DNA from: Mobula hypostoma
Lineage: Eukaryota
NCBI RefSeq assembly: GCF_963921235.1
Contig: NC_086109.1
Location: 21,702,001-21,766,000 of the forward strand
Length of the DNA: 64,000 nt
Reading direction: 5' to 3'
Both the position numbers and the translations under genes were made by a program. Position 1 is the first letter of the stretch, and the number at the start of each line of letters is the position of its first letter. Shown one piece after another: positions 37,171 through 49,886 of this stretch. The notes below the pieces were generated by a model, which was given only the letters and a program-made list of their open reading frames with translations, did not search any database and was not told where the DNA came from.

Positions 37171-37614
37171 TAACACTCAGATAGGCTTTGTTACCTCTGA
37201 TGCCTGCTCTGCCATTCATTAAGTCATTTGTTGCCTCAGCACTACTTTCCTTTACTAATCTGTATCACTGGATTCCCTTAATAGCCAAGAGCCAATCAAT
37301 CTCCATCTTGAGTACACCAAGCTTTCACAACCCTCACTCTCTGAGTGAAATATTTTCTCCTCACAGCTCTCCTGAAAGGCTGACTCATTATTCTGAGTTG
37401 GTGACACCCTTGACAACCTGTAGTGTGAAAAATTTCTTACTTCTGCTCTAGTTCTTTTGCCAATTATTTCGAGTCAATGATTTCTGTTCACTGACACTCT
37501 TGTCAGCAGAGAAAAAATATCCCGCCCTTTCTCTATCAACTCATTTCAAAATTTTGAAGGCTTCTGTCAAGCCCCTTCATGGACTCCCAAAGGCAAAGAC
37601 TGAAGATTTTGGAA

Positions 37615-37810
37615 ATGAGAAATACAACTGAAAATGCTAGAAATACTTCATAGTCAGGCAGTATCAGTAGAAAGAAAAACACAGTTAATCTTTCAGGATT
37701 ATGACTTTCCATCAGAACTGATGAAGGCCAGTGACCTGAAACATTAATTCTGCTTCTTCCTCCGCATAATGTATCTGTCGTGCTGAGCCTTTCTACCATT
37801 TCCTGTTTTT
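37615..37810. mobile_element. Head-to-head pair of PLE termini (second subfamily)
   Basis: Palindrome centred on CATCAG-AA-CTGATG at 37710-37723; hammerhead-like cores on both strands. Confidence 0.6.
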
Positions 37811-37817
37811 AATAACA

Positions 37818-38450
37818 CATTACCATCTAAAACTTTGACAAACTTCTATAAATGCACAGTGCAGAGTATCCTGACTCACTGCTTCGTGGCCCACTATGGA
37901 AACGTCGATGCCCAAGAATAGAAAAGCCAACAAAAAGTTGTGGATACAGCCCAGTCCATTACAGGAAAGCCCTCCTCACCATCGAGCACATCTAGGAGGA
38001 GTGCTGCCACACAAGAAAACAGTAACCATCATCACGGACCCCCATCATCCAGGCCATGCCCTCTTCTCACCAGTGCCTTTGGGACCCTTAAGTCCCACTC
38101 CACCAGGTTCAGGAACAATTATTACCCTTCAACCATTAGGCTCCTGAACCGGTGTGAATAACTTCACTCACCTCAACAGTGAACGGGTTAACATCCTATG
38201 GATTCACATTCAAGGACTCTCCACCTCATGTATTTATTATTTAATTATGTATTATTTATTTTCGATATTATTATCTGTGTTTTCATTGTATTTGCAGAAT
38301 GTGTCTTCCTTTGCACATTGGCTATTTGGCGGTCTTTGTGTGTAGTTTTCCATTCATTGTATTGTATTTCTTTGTTCTCCTGCAAATGAATCCCAAAGTA
38401 GTATATGGTGACATAGCATACTTTGATAATAAATTTACTTTGAACTTTGA
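37818..38450 (+). mobile_element. Rex1/Babar 3' fragment
   Basis: DPHHPGHALFS, TRFRNNYYPSTIRLLN, tail AATAAATTTACTTTGAACTTTGA. Confidence 0.85.
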
Positions 38451-38594
38451 ATATTCAGGAGATGGTGTGGTACAGGAAGGGCTGGTCAGAATGAAGAGGG
38501 GAAAGATTGAATGCATATGGGAGACAATGTGAAAGGACAGAAGGAGGAATAGTAGTGAGAAAAGGTGATCAGAAAGCAGGGAAAAGAGGATCCG

Positions 38595-38678
38595 AGCAAC
38601 GCACAAAATGTTGAAGGAACTTAGCAGGCCAAGCAGCATCTATGGCCTGCTGAGTTCCTCCAGCATTTTGTGTGTGTT
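38595..38678. mobile_element. Palindromic PLE-terminus insertion
   Basis: CAAC..CACAAAATG..CAGGCCA / TGGCCTGCTGAGTTCC..CATTTTGTG..GTTG; flanked by GAAAAGAGGATCCG / GAAAAGGGGGTCCG. Confidence 0.7.
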
Positions 38679-39359
38679 GAAAAGGGGGTCCGGAGAGCAT
38701 GGTGGTTAGAAGGAGAAACAGAGAGAAGGAGAGAGAGGGGGGAGGGGAGAAGAGGAGAGAGGGATAGGAAATGAGAGGGAGAGAAAAGGAGAGGAGAGAG
38801 GGAGATCAGGGAGAAAGAGAGAGAGAGAATGAGAAGTAAAATTGAAAGCTAGGAAGTAAACAGTTCGTGCCTTGTTAGGTTCTGTATGAAGGTTTTCAGA
38901 TTACACTGAACATGAGTAACTGAGGGCCATAAGAAAGTTTAATTTTAGTTACAATTTAATCCATCATTGCATCTTACATTCTGAGAGAAGACAGACACTA
39001 AATTTACAAACTACCAAAGCTTCAATGTCATAGATATGACTGTCTGTTCACAAGACAATCTGGCACTGTGAAACCTCAGCTGATGCACTGAGCTCTGTAC
39101 CCATGAGAATCCTTTGATACATCATTTGACTAAATATCTAACAAACAAGCATGAGAGTGTTTGGGAGTGTTTGTCCCTCAAGTTTGTGAAACCTTCAGTA
39201 TCTTAAGGACATGTGAGCTTATCTTTCCACCTCTAGGAAGCACTAATTTGTGCAGCGATTGAGAGAAGAGGTTTGAAATGATTTCATCCGGGAAGAACTT
39301 ACGGCACTGTCATGATCCCACTTCCTCTCTTTGAGATGAACTGGAAGAACAGTTTAGAG

Positions 39360-39439
39360 CAGGTGTTCCCAACTTGGGGTCCACAGACCCCTCAGTTAAT
39401 GGTAGAGGTTCATGGCATCAGGAAGGTTGGGAACCCCAG
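39360..39439. mobile_element. ~80-bp hAT-type MITE
   Basis: CAGGTGTTCCCAAC...GTTGGGAACCCCAG; homologous to 35886-35965. Confidence 0.65.
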
Positions 39440-40519
39440 TTTGGAGGAAAACTCATTCTAGTTCAGACAGACATCTTGGCCAGCATGAACATGTTGGACC
39501 AAAGGGCCATTTTTCTGTGCTGTGTGATTCTATGACTTAATGGATTCATTCACAACCCTATCACCTAAAGCAATCTGAGCAAGTCTACACCCACAGTTAG
39601 CATTTTGTTTGGTCATCCTCGATCTCTTTGGGTTCCATGTTAGAAGAAAAAAATAAATCAGTATCAGATAGAGCATCAAGCACAATTGTATACTTTTCAC
39701 AGTCTGTAAAACCTAAGCAAATATACCAGTACTTTATAAATACCCAACCATCTCTGAAAATATCTGCCCTGTAATGTAAATATCCTCTCTATTCTGTAAA
39801 TACCAGACTATAAGTTCCCGGGCTGAACTCTAGGCACTCACCCTTCTCTGTAAGTAATATGCCCCTTCATAATATTCAGCTCTCTGTTAACACCAGCCCG
39901 GTGATATATTTTGTTGATGCCCAAATCTCTTCGCAAACATTAGATTTCTCTCTAAAATAACTAACCTTGTCTCTGAGTATCATATCCCATGTACAGATGG
40001 ATGGCAAGCCTTATTTTTCTTATTCTCTCTGATCAGTGTGTGTTGAGTATAAGATAGCAGTATAATCTCAGAGAGTTGGTTTCCTCTCCACTGCAACACA
40101 TTGCTTCCCATGTATTTATCTCCAGAGGAGAAAGCTGGAAGCACAAGAACTTTCCAGGACATGTTTCCAGTAGCCCAGCATCTTTCTCACTAACCCTTTC
40201 CGTGCATCCTCAATTTGTGAAAAATGGAGGCAGCTGCAGTCTGCAATTAATCAGATTTATTTATCAAGCTATATTAGAAAAATGTAATTGAACAGGTCAA
40301 ATTATGTCAAGCATTATGCTGGTTGTGTTATCTCAACACTGTAGAACACTGAACCTCTGTGTACAAGGTAAAACTTAGCAGTTAGGAGCATAAATTGACG
40401 GACAAAATCTTCATGTCCGTGTAATTAACACCGAAGTGACGCCATGATGAAACCCTCCCAACCAGTTCTCCCAGAATCTTTTGTGTATTTCTCTGGGTTT
40501 CCAGCATCTTCCCTCCCGC

Positions 40520-40925
40520 CCCCTCCCTCAACCATCGAGCACATCTACATGAAATCCTGCGGTAGGAAAGCAGCATCCATCATCAGAGATCCCCACCACC
40601 CAGGCCATGCTCTTTTCTCACTGTTGCCATCTGGTGGAAGGTACAAAAGCCTCCGGACTCGCACCATTAGGTTCAGGAACAGTTACTACCACCTCACTTT
40701 AGGGACTCGATCTCGTTATCTCATGTTCTCGTTATTTATTGCTGTTTATTTATATTTGCATTTTCACAGTTTAATGTCTTCTGCACTCTGGTTAATCTTT
40801 CATTGATCCTGTTATAGTTATTATTCTATCTATTTGCTAAGTATGTCCACAAGAAAAATGAGTCTCAGGGTTGTATGTGGTGACATATATGTACTCATAT
40901 TAAAAAATTACTTTGAACTTTGAAC
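40520..40925 (+). mobile_element. Rex1/Babar 3' fragment
   Basis: TIEHIY...KAASIIRDPHHPGHALFSLLPSG..Y.SLRTRT.RFRNSYY plus tail. Confidence 0.85.
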
Positions 40926-41030
40926 ATTGAGAGGGTTAGAGAGTATGAATGCCCAGTACAGCATCAGCTAGTCTATTTGTCTATATTTAATGGAGACTCA
41001 TAACCTGTCTTACATCACTTTGATGGCGTC

Positions 41031-41958
41031 CACTCCGAGGTCACTTTATTAGGTACCTCTGGTGGTCTAATAAAGTTCATGATCTTCTGCTACGATTGCC
41101 CATACACTTCAAGCTTCAACTTATCGTGCATTCAGTGATGCTCTTCTCCGCACCACTGTCATTGCACGTGATTATTCAAGTCGTTGTTACTTTCATGACA
41201 GCTTGAAACAGTCCAGCCATTTTCCTCTGACCTCTCTCGTTAACAAGATGGTTTTGCCCACAGAGTTGCCGCTCACTAGGTAATACTTGCTTCTCGCACT
41301 ATTTTCTGTAAACACTAGAGATTGCTGTGCATTAAAATTCCAGAAGGTCAGCAGTTTCTGAGAGACTCAAACAATGCTGAATGGCACCAATAATTATTTC
41401 ATGGTCAAAGCCATTTAGATCACATTTCTTCACCATTCTGATCTTTGATTTGAACAGCAACTGAATCTCCTGACCATGTCTGCATGCTATTATGCATTGA
41501 GTTGCATATGATGTTTGTTGTGACACCACTGTTGTGGCACATGGTTAATATTAGGTTACTGTCACCTTCCTGTCAGCATGAACCAGTTTGGCCATTCTCC
41601 TCTGACCTCTCCCATTAACAAGGCATCTTTTCAACAGAATTGCCTCTTACTGGATGTTTTTTTCATCTTTCGCGCCATTCTCGATAAACTCAGGATATTG
41701 TTGTGTGTGAAAACCCAGAAGATCTGCAGTTTCTGAAATACTCAAACCACCCCCTCTGGCACCAGCAATCATTCTGCAGACAAAGCCACTCAAATCATAT
41801 TTCTACCCCCATTCTGATGTTTGGTCTGAACAATTGAACCTCTTGACCAAGTCTGCATGCTTTCGTGCATTGTGTTGCTACCACGTGATTGGTTGATGAG
41901 ATATTTGCATTAAAAAGCCAGTGTACAGGTGTACCTAATAAAGCAGCTATTGAATGTA
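41031..41958 (-). mobile_element. Tc1-like remnant containing two tandem partial copies
   Basis: IRMVKKCDL..FD..II.GA...LSETADLL on minus; CACCACTGT block repeated at ~41151 and ~41525; TIR-like ends. Confidence 0.75.
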
Positions 41959-42454
41959 CTTATGAATGTCCACGGTCCATTACACAAGAAATAGGCTAAC
42001 AGATGCTATAGTGGACATTCAAAATTAACAGCTGTTGGCACAGCGGGATGTCTGCAGAATCTCTTGTGTTTATAATGTTTTTCATCAAAAAGTACACAGA
42101 TGTTGTATAGGGTAGCACAGGGGTACAGTTCCTACCTGTCAGCTCCACTGATCCAGATTCAACCCCGCCGTTCACACATGCTCTCTGTTTCTTTCAGCTA
42201 CTCTGCTTTTTTTCTCATATGCCAAAGACATGTGGGTTGATGAGCTGTAAATCAGCATGCTTGCCAACCTAAGTTTAATGTTTTAGTGTAGAAAATCGAC
42301 AGCCATATGATGCACATCAAAAACAAAAAAAAATAGAAAGGTGATCCATATCTTTTCATCTTCATTATAGTCATGATATATGCCTGCTCATTTCCCAAGT
42401 GTGCTGTAGAAAAACTTTATGTCCTCTTGAAAGGGCGGTACAGTTATCTTTTAT

Positions 42455-42618
42455 TTAGAGAAACAACACGGTAACAGGCTTTTCTGGCCCAAAGAGCCTG
42501 CACCACACAATTACACCCATGTGACCAATTAACCTGCTCACTCGTTAATCTTTGGAATGTGGGAGGAAACCAGAGCACCCAGAGGAAACCGACATGGTCA
42601 TGGGGAAGACGTACACAT
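42455..42618 (-). mobile_element. V-SINE-like SINE (partial)
   Basis: TGGAATGTGGGAGGAAACCAGAGCACCCAGAGGAAACC on +. Confidence 0.7.
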
Positions 42619-42777
42619 AATGAACACAATAAATATCATATAAGAGCAATCCAATATAACAATATACAAATAACTGTTGAGTGTGACTGTATATACATAG
42701 GATCAGCTTATACAGAGTCTACGCCAATGAAAATCATTAGCAAACAACACAGAGCTAGATCGAACTGAAATGATTTA

Positions 42778-43152
42778 TGGCCCATTATGCTGCTGGCATT
42801 TAGGGAAGCTATGAAGGCCCTCAGTCTCTGGCAGTGTTAAGGGCTTCCTTCAACATGTCGCTAGCTTCCTCTCAGTTTTCACTACTGTCAGTCATGCAAG
42901 TCCAGGTTGAAGAGTCAGACTTGGATGTGGAAGGGTTCTTCATTGCTGTTTCCATAACAACTTTGTTTTACCAGTCAGGGTTGTTAGCCCTGAGCAGAAC
43001 CCCTGAACCAGGAGGACCGGTGGACCACTCTTAGTCCTCTACCCTTTGATTTGTTTGGCATGGGTGACCCTTCCAAGGGCCAAAGTATAAAGCCCTGACT
43101 CCAGCCAACAGAACTCTCTGGGTCATTGAGACACAAAAGCCCCCAAACCACA
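42778..43152 (-). mobile_element. Bipartite non-autonomous RTE-like element
   Basis: Homologous to 27326-27830 but without the inversion. Confidence 0.6.
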
Positions 43153-43924
43153 AGAAGGTTGTGGTCCTCATGAAGGGACTGAACATGACTGGACCATTTC
43201 GATGATTTGTGCTTTGGTGTTTTATATTCTGCGTTTTTTGCTCTTTTTTTGCCGTTGGTGTGATTTGTTCTTTTTCTAGTGCATTGGGGGCGTTGATATT
43301 TTTCTTTGAATGGGTTCCATGACTTTCTTTCTTTGTTTCATGGCTGTCTGTGGGGAAGACGAATCTCATATTATATTATATGCTACACTGCATATAAACT
43401 TCGATAATAAATGTACTTTGAATTGAATTTGAATGTCAAGCATGCATTAATGTTCATCTACTAATATTGTCCAGAGTCAGGTTATAGACACTCCCTGCAG
43501 TTCTCCAATACTTATTGAGTAATTGCACAGTTCTCAGCAAAGTCACCAAAACAAGATCGAAAATGATTATTTATTGATTCATTCAAATTTGAGTTTGCAG
43601 TAAAAATCTGTCAAAGCTGACCTTGAAAGTGAGTCAGAATGCAGTGCTAGGAATGTTAGCAAGGAATAAGAATGGAAGTTGCTTTCTCTGAAATATGGGA
43701 CTCAACTGGAAAGCTACATTGAACTGACAGCAACTCATATCTTGACACAACCCTTGAGCCATGATACTCAAGCTCTGGACAAAATGCAGAAAGCCAAATA
43801 TTAATAATCATGCCACTCAGAATGACTAGTGCAATGATTTAAAACTGTCTGCAGTATATCCCTTTCAGCACCTGAGAGTAAAATAGTGGTGTGATTACTC
43901 AAGTTGGGTATGATTTTTTCCATA

Positions 43925-44710
43925 GAAGTTGTCTGTTGGTGGGTCCTCAGGTGGCTGTAGAGGCTGATCCGGGATCCACATATTCTAGTGCAGTGTGGGC
44001 AAGAGTAAGTGGTGGTTGTGGTTAGTGGTTGGGACTTTTGGTTGTCCAGTCTCTCTTTTCACATCTACCCCTTGTTCTCCACCACACAGTGGAGGTCGCA
44101 CTCATGTAGCGCAGCTCTCTCTTGAAGAGATTTCCTCCAGGTGTAGCTATTGAATCTAAAGTCTTCCCAGTTTTTAGATGTAATATTGAATTTCTTCAGG
44201 CTGACTTTGATATACTTTATACTTTATTGTCGCCAAACAATTGATACTAGAACATACAATCATCACAGCGATATTTGATTCCGCGCTTCCCACTCCCTGG
44301 ATTACAAATATTAAATATTAAAAATAGTAAAAATTAGTAAATATTAAAATTTAAATTATAAATCATAAATAGAAAATAGAAAAATTGAAAGTAAGGTAGT
44401 GCAAAAAAACCGAGAGGCAGGTCCGGATATTTGGAGGGTATGGCCCAGATCCGAGTCAGGATCCATTCAGCAGTCTTATCACAGTTGGAAAGAAGCTGTT
44501 CCCAAATCTGGCCGTATGAGTCTTCAAGTTCCTGAGCCTTCTCCCGGAGGGAAGAGGGACGAAAAGTGTGTTGGCTGGGTGGGTTGTGTCCTTGATTATC
44601 CTGGTAGCACTGCTCCGACAGCGTGCGGTGTAAAGTGAGTCTGATATTATCTTTCAAATATTTTCTTTGCCCACCAGGGGCTCACTTACCTAGTGGAATA
44701 TACCCAAAAT
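43925..44710 (-). mobile_element. RTE LINE 3' fragment split by a Rex1 insertion
   Basis: Minus translation APGGQRKYLKDNI | KVSLKKFNI..NWE...WRK is continuous across the insertion. Confidence 0.65.
44214..44641 (-). mobile_element. Young Rex1/Babar 3' fragment with TSD
   Basis: Near-identical to 32911-33309; TGATAT at 44208-44213 and 44642-44647. Confidence 0.85.
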
Positions 44711-44811
44711 CACTCCACATTAAGTTAGGACTAATTCAACAGCAACATAAAGCATTTACATTTCACTTACTATTTGTATCACATTATGTTATGCAATTAA
44801 ACACAATGCTA

Positions 44812-45115
44812 ACCACAAGAGATGCTAGAAACCTTGAGCAACGCACACAAAATGCTGCAGGAACTCAGCAACATCGATGGATATGAATGTTTTGGGCCAA
44901 GACCTTCGTCACGACTGAAAAGGAAGAGAGAAGAAGACAGAGCCAGAAGGTCGTTGGAGGCAAAGGAGTACAAGCTGGTAGTGATAGGTGAGACCAGGTG
45001 AAAGGGAAGGTGAGTGTGTAGAGAAGTGGAGGATGAAGTAAGAAGAATGGAGGGGAAAGGTGGAATAGATAAATATCTGAACAAGAAGGAATCTAATAAG
45101 AGAAGACGGTGGAAC
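44812..45115 (-). mobile_element. PLE 3' terminus (degenerate)
   Basis: Homologous to 6510-6870. Confidence 0.65.
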
Positions 45116-45263
45116 ATAGTGCTATGCATTTTATAACTGAATCAGAATCAGGTTTAATATCAGCACCATATGTAATGAAATGTGTTATTTTTGCAGCAGC
45201 AGTACACCGCAATATATAGTAGTAAAAACTATAAATTACAAAAAGAACTATATATATGCACTG

Positions 45264-46860
45264 TTAGTGGTTCGACAACCAGAAAGCATATGACTCAATG
45301 CCCAACACTTGGATCCTGGAACGCCTGTCTCTCAAGGCCAACAAGACACTAAGGACCTTTATCAAGAACTCAAAGGGCTGTTGGAGGACAATACTAGAAG
45401 TTAACTCAAAGCTAATAGTACAAGTGTGATCAGATGTGGAACATACCAGGGTGATGTACCGTCCCCACTGCTGCTCTGCATAGGCTTGAACCTCCTCAGT
45501 CAGATCATCTCAAAGAGTGGATATGGGTACAGGTTCAAGAGTGGAGTGGCTATCAGTCACCTCCTGCACATGGATGACATCAAGCTGTATGCCAGAAATG
45601 AAAGAGGTATTAACTCACTAAACCACCTGACAAGGGTGTACAGCAGAGATATCGGGATGCCATTTGGACTGGAAAAGTACAGCCAGATGGTAGTGAAAAG
45701 AGGCAAATTCATCAAGACTGAAAGAGTCAAGTTACCTGAAGGCCACATACCAGGTGTACAGGACAGCTACAAATACCTGGGAATCCTGCAGGCGCATGGA
45801 TGCCACAATGTGGACACAAGGAAGGCTGCAACATCCAAGTACCTCCAAAGAGTGAAGCGGATCCTTAAAAGCCAGCAGAATGAGAAAAACATGATCAGAG
45901 CAAATCAACACATTTGCCTTACCAGTCATCAGATACCCAGCCGCAATAGTGTGCTAGGCAAGCAATGAACTGGAAGCCGCTGACATCAAGCCCCAGAAAC
46001 TACCAACAATACATGGGGGGGTTCCACCCAAAGTCCAACGCTGAGCAACTGTACACCCGCCGGAATAAAGAAAGACAGGGAATTGGAAGTGTCAAGGCCA
46101 CAGTTCTGGAAGAAATGTGAAACATCCATGAGTATGTCAGGAAGATGGCCCCTCAGGATGACCTGCTAGGAGAATATCTCAGACAGCAGGCAGGGGATAT
46201 GGAAGTGGAAGTGGGTGAAGCTGAGCCAGATGACTAGAGGCCATGGCAGGACAAGCCAATGCGCAAGATGTACCATCACCAGATATCCGAGGTGGCCAAC
46301 AGAGGAAAGTCCTACCAATGGCTGGAAATGACAGGGCTGAGGGACAGCACAGAGGCACTGCTCATGGCTGCACAAGAACAGGCACTGAGCACGAGAGCAA
46401 TAGAAGCAGGGGTCTATCACACCAGGCAAGACCCAAGATGCAGACTGTGCAAGGAATCCGCTGCAACCATCCAGCACAAAGTAGCAGGGTGCAAGATGCA
46501 GGCAGGGACAGCATACACTGACCAAGTTGCAGGAATTATGTACAGGAACATCTACGTTGGGTATGGATCGGACATTCCCAAGTCCAAATGGGAAACACCC
46601 GAGACGCTAGTGGAGAATGACAGAGCTAAAATCCTGTGGGACTTCCACATACAGACTGATGATCAGGTACTGGCCAACCAACCAGACATAGCAATACTGA
46701 ACAAGGAACAGAAGAAAGCAATAGTAATTGATGTGACAATCCGGAATGACAGTAATGTCAGGAAGAAAGAATAGGAGAAGCTGAAGAAATACCAGGGCTT
46801 GAAAGGGCAGATAGAAAGGATGTGGAAGGTTAAAGCCAGAGTAATCCCAGTGGTAGTGGC
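45264..46860 (+). mobile_element. R4-clade (Dong/Rex6-like) non-LTR retrotransposon: RT, CCHC finger and restriction-like endonuclease, degenerate
   Basis: QGD..SPLL, SHLLHMDDIKLYA, YKYLGI; CRLCKESAATIQHKVAGC; ILWDF...PDI...IDV (PD-D/E RLE). Confidence 0.8.
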
Positions 46861-47345
46861 GTGCTTGAAGTTGTTTCGGTTACAATCTGCCGCATCGCTT
46901 GCCTGAGTCCCTTCACTTGAGGATCAACAGACTCTTACTCATCAAGAAAAAGAGAGAGAGAGAGATCGCTGGAGTGCAGGGTCCTTCCACCAGCAATGCA
47001 CACTGCCTGCTGTTTCACTGTTTCAATCTCCCACGACGCTTCAGTCGACGACATTGGCGATGACCAATGTCGTCCACAGGGCCACATCCCAAAGGCACCT
47101 GTCCTTCCAGGCCGCACTTGGAGATATCGAAACACCAGGCCACACGACGAGTCCGAGAACAAAAACCCACTGCCCGTGGAGTGCCATAGTTTGAGCTGCA
47201 GCTGTAGATCGCAGACTTCAACAGGAACCCAGCCATCTTGAAAAAAAGGAAAGACATGGAAAAAGAAGAAGAAGAAACAGTTTTGTGGATAAACTGGAAG
47301 AAGCTGCCTGAGTCTACAAAATTTTTGGCGCCATCTTTAGCTCCT
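46860..47345 (-). mobile_element. Non-coding retroposon head (GGAGCTAAAGATGGCG...)
   Basis: Homologous to 58099-58688 (GATCTACAGCTGCA block). Confidence 0.5.
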
Positions 47346-48570
47346 CCCACTTCATTTTGGATTCCTTTGCTTTTCTTTCAATTAAATTTATGTTTTGGAG
47401 TTACAAAGCATAACAGGTATTTTTAAAACAAACTCGAGACAACTACCTACCTGTTGAAGTCAATTGGACATTTGAGTTAAAATAAAGCAAGTTTCAAAAC
47501 AAGGGCAACAGATTTTTTTCTTTGAAGCACCATGTTTCCTTCACCAAAGGAAAGATGATCAAGTAAATAAAAAAGAAAAAAAAATTCACAGGTTCATAAG
47601 CAGTGATTACCGGGTGATAATAATCATAAAAAAGAGCAGAAATGGCTGGCTACATTGAAAAGATTGACACACTCGATTAAGCAAAAGGTAACTGGAATAT
47701 GTACTGTATACTGAATGAATTGAGCAGTATTTTAAAGCAAATCGAATGGCCAATGAGAAACAAGAGCCAGTTTTGCTGAGTGTATTAGATATAAAGGCAT
47801 ACAGTTTATTGAGAAATTTAACTGCTCCAACTAAACTAGCTGAAATGAGCATTGCTGATATCTCAAAAGTAATGCAGGAACGATTCAAACCAAAACCGTT
47901 ATAGATTGCAGAATACTTTAGTCTACATAAGTGGAATCAAAAGGAATGAGGGTCCATTTCAGTTTTCATGGCTAAATTGAAGAAGTTGCCTGAGTATTGA
48001 CAGTTCAGTGATGTGCTTAATGATGCACTGAGAGATCATTCAGTTTGTGGGATCTTACAAGAAAGCATCCATAAGCAGCTCCTAACTGAAGCACAACTTA
48101 AAGTTTAAAGAGCCATTGAAGTTCCCGTATCAATGGAAATACCAGATACCAGACATAGACACAATTAAGTTGCATTCAGGAATGAAAATGAGCATGACCA
48201 AAATTGCAAAGTTTTTGCTTGTCTAAACAAATCATGTTTTGGGACAATTTAAAAAATTACTATCTGTGCATGTCTGTACAGTAGTTGCATTATATAGTAT
48301 ATAGTGTATTTAGTTGAGATGCATTCCATCTTGAGATGGAGTTTATTGCTAAGCAGGGAGGAGTGTTGTGTATTTAACATTTCAGCAATATTTGAGTAAT
48401 ATTGTAAATATATTGTTTGATTAAACATTCTTGTTCAATTAAATAATTCATTGTGGGTTATATGTAAAAATAAGTGAATTGCATACATCCTGATACAATC
48501 TAGCAATATGTGCACAACTTACGTCAAGTAAACACAAAGTTAGACTCGCATTTCTAACTCCTTTGTTTTC

Positions 48571-49886
48571 ACAAGATTACAAGATCACAAGACAAAGGAG
48601 CAGAAGTAGGCCATTCGGCCCATTGAGTCTGCTCTGCAGCTCCCCCATGAGCTAAACTATTCACCCGTCTAGTTCCAATTTCCGGCTTTTTCCCCATATC
48701 CCTTGATACCCTGACTAATTAGATACCTGTCAATCTCCTCCTTAAACACCCTCAATGATCGGACCTCCACAGCCATATGTGGCAACAAATTCCACAAATC
48801 CACGACCCTCTGGCTAAAAAAATTTCTCCTCATCTCTGTTTTAACTGGGTACCCTCTAATTCTAAGACTATGGCCTCTTGTCCTGGACTCAACCACCAAG
48901 AGAAACAGCCTTTCCACATCTACTCTGTCCAACCCTTTCAACATTCGAAACATTTCTATGAGATCCCCCTTCATTCTTCTATACTCTAATGAATACAATC
49001 CAAGAGCCGTCAGATGCTCCTCATATGTTAGCCCCTGCATTCCAGGAATCATCCTCGTAAACCTTCCTTGAACTCTCTCCAACATCAGTATATCCCTTCT
49101 AAGATAGGGGGCCCAAAACTGCACACAGTATTCCAAATGAGGTCTCACTAATGCCCCATAGAGCCTCATCAACACCTCCTTACTCTTATACACTATTCCT
49201 CTTGAAATGAATGCCAACATAGCATTCGCTTTCCTTACCGCCGATCCAACTTGGTGGTTAACCTTTAGGGTATCCTGCATGAGGACCCCCAAGTCCCTTT
49301 GCACTTCCAATTTTTGAATTTTCTCCCCATCTAAATAATAATCTGCCCGATTATTTCTTCTTCCGAAATGTACAACCGTACATTTGTCAATGTTGTATCT
49401 CATCTGCCATTTCTTTGCCCACTCTTCTAAACTGACTAAGTCTCTCTGCAACCTTTCCGTTTCTCCAACATTTCCTGCTCCTCCACTTATCTTGGTGTCA
49501 TCCGCAAACTTGGCCACAAAACCATTTAATCCATAATCCAAATCATCGATATACATCGTAAAAAGAAGCGGCCCCAACACCGACCCCTGCGGAACACCAC
49601 TAGTAACCGGCAACCAATCAGAACAGGATCCCTTTATTCCCACCCTTTGCTTTCTGCCTATCAGCCAATGCTCCACCCATTTCAATATCTTTCCTATAAT
49701 TCCATGGGCTCTCATCTTATTAAGCAGCCTCATATGCGGCACCTTATCGAAGGCCTTTTGAAAATCCAAATACACAACATCCACAGCCTCTCCCTTGTCA
49801 ATCTTGTTCAAGATTACCTCAAAAAATTCCAATAAGTTGGTAAGGCAGGATCTTCCCTTCATGAAACCATGCTGGCTTCGGCCTAT
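48571..49886 (-). mobile_element. Young 5'-truncated CR1 LINE inserted in the LTR
   Basis: Uninterrupted RT ORF; (ACAAGATC)-like tail on +; possible TTTC TSD. Confidence 0.92.
48669..49862 (-). CDS. CR1 ORF2 reverse transcriptase C-terminal part (397 aa, 5' truncated)
   Basis: YLDFQKAFDKV, SGVPQGSVLGP, KFADDTK, LVRPHLEYCVQFW, RNFFSQRVV. Confidence 0.85.
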   Translation of the reverse strand: MKGRSCLTNLLEFFEVILNKIDKGEAVDVVYLDFQKAFDKVPHMRLLNKMRAHGIIGKILKWVEHWLIGRKQRVGIKGSCSDWLPVTSGVPQGSVLGPLLFTMYIDDLDYGLNGFVAKFADDTKISGGAGNVGETERLQRDLVSLEEWAKKWQMRYNIDKCTVVHFGRRNNRADYYLDGEKIQKLEVQRDLGVLMQDTLKVNHQVGSAVRKANAMLAFISRGIVYKSKEVLMRLYGALVRPHLEYCVQFWAPYLRRDILMLERVQGRFTRMIPGMQGLTYEEHLTALGLYSLEYRRMKGDLIEMFRMLKGLDRVDVERLFLLVVESRTRGHSLRIRGYPVKTEMRRNFFSQRVVDLWNLLPHMAVEVRSLRVFKEEIDRYLISQGIKGYGEKAGNWN

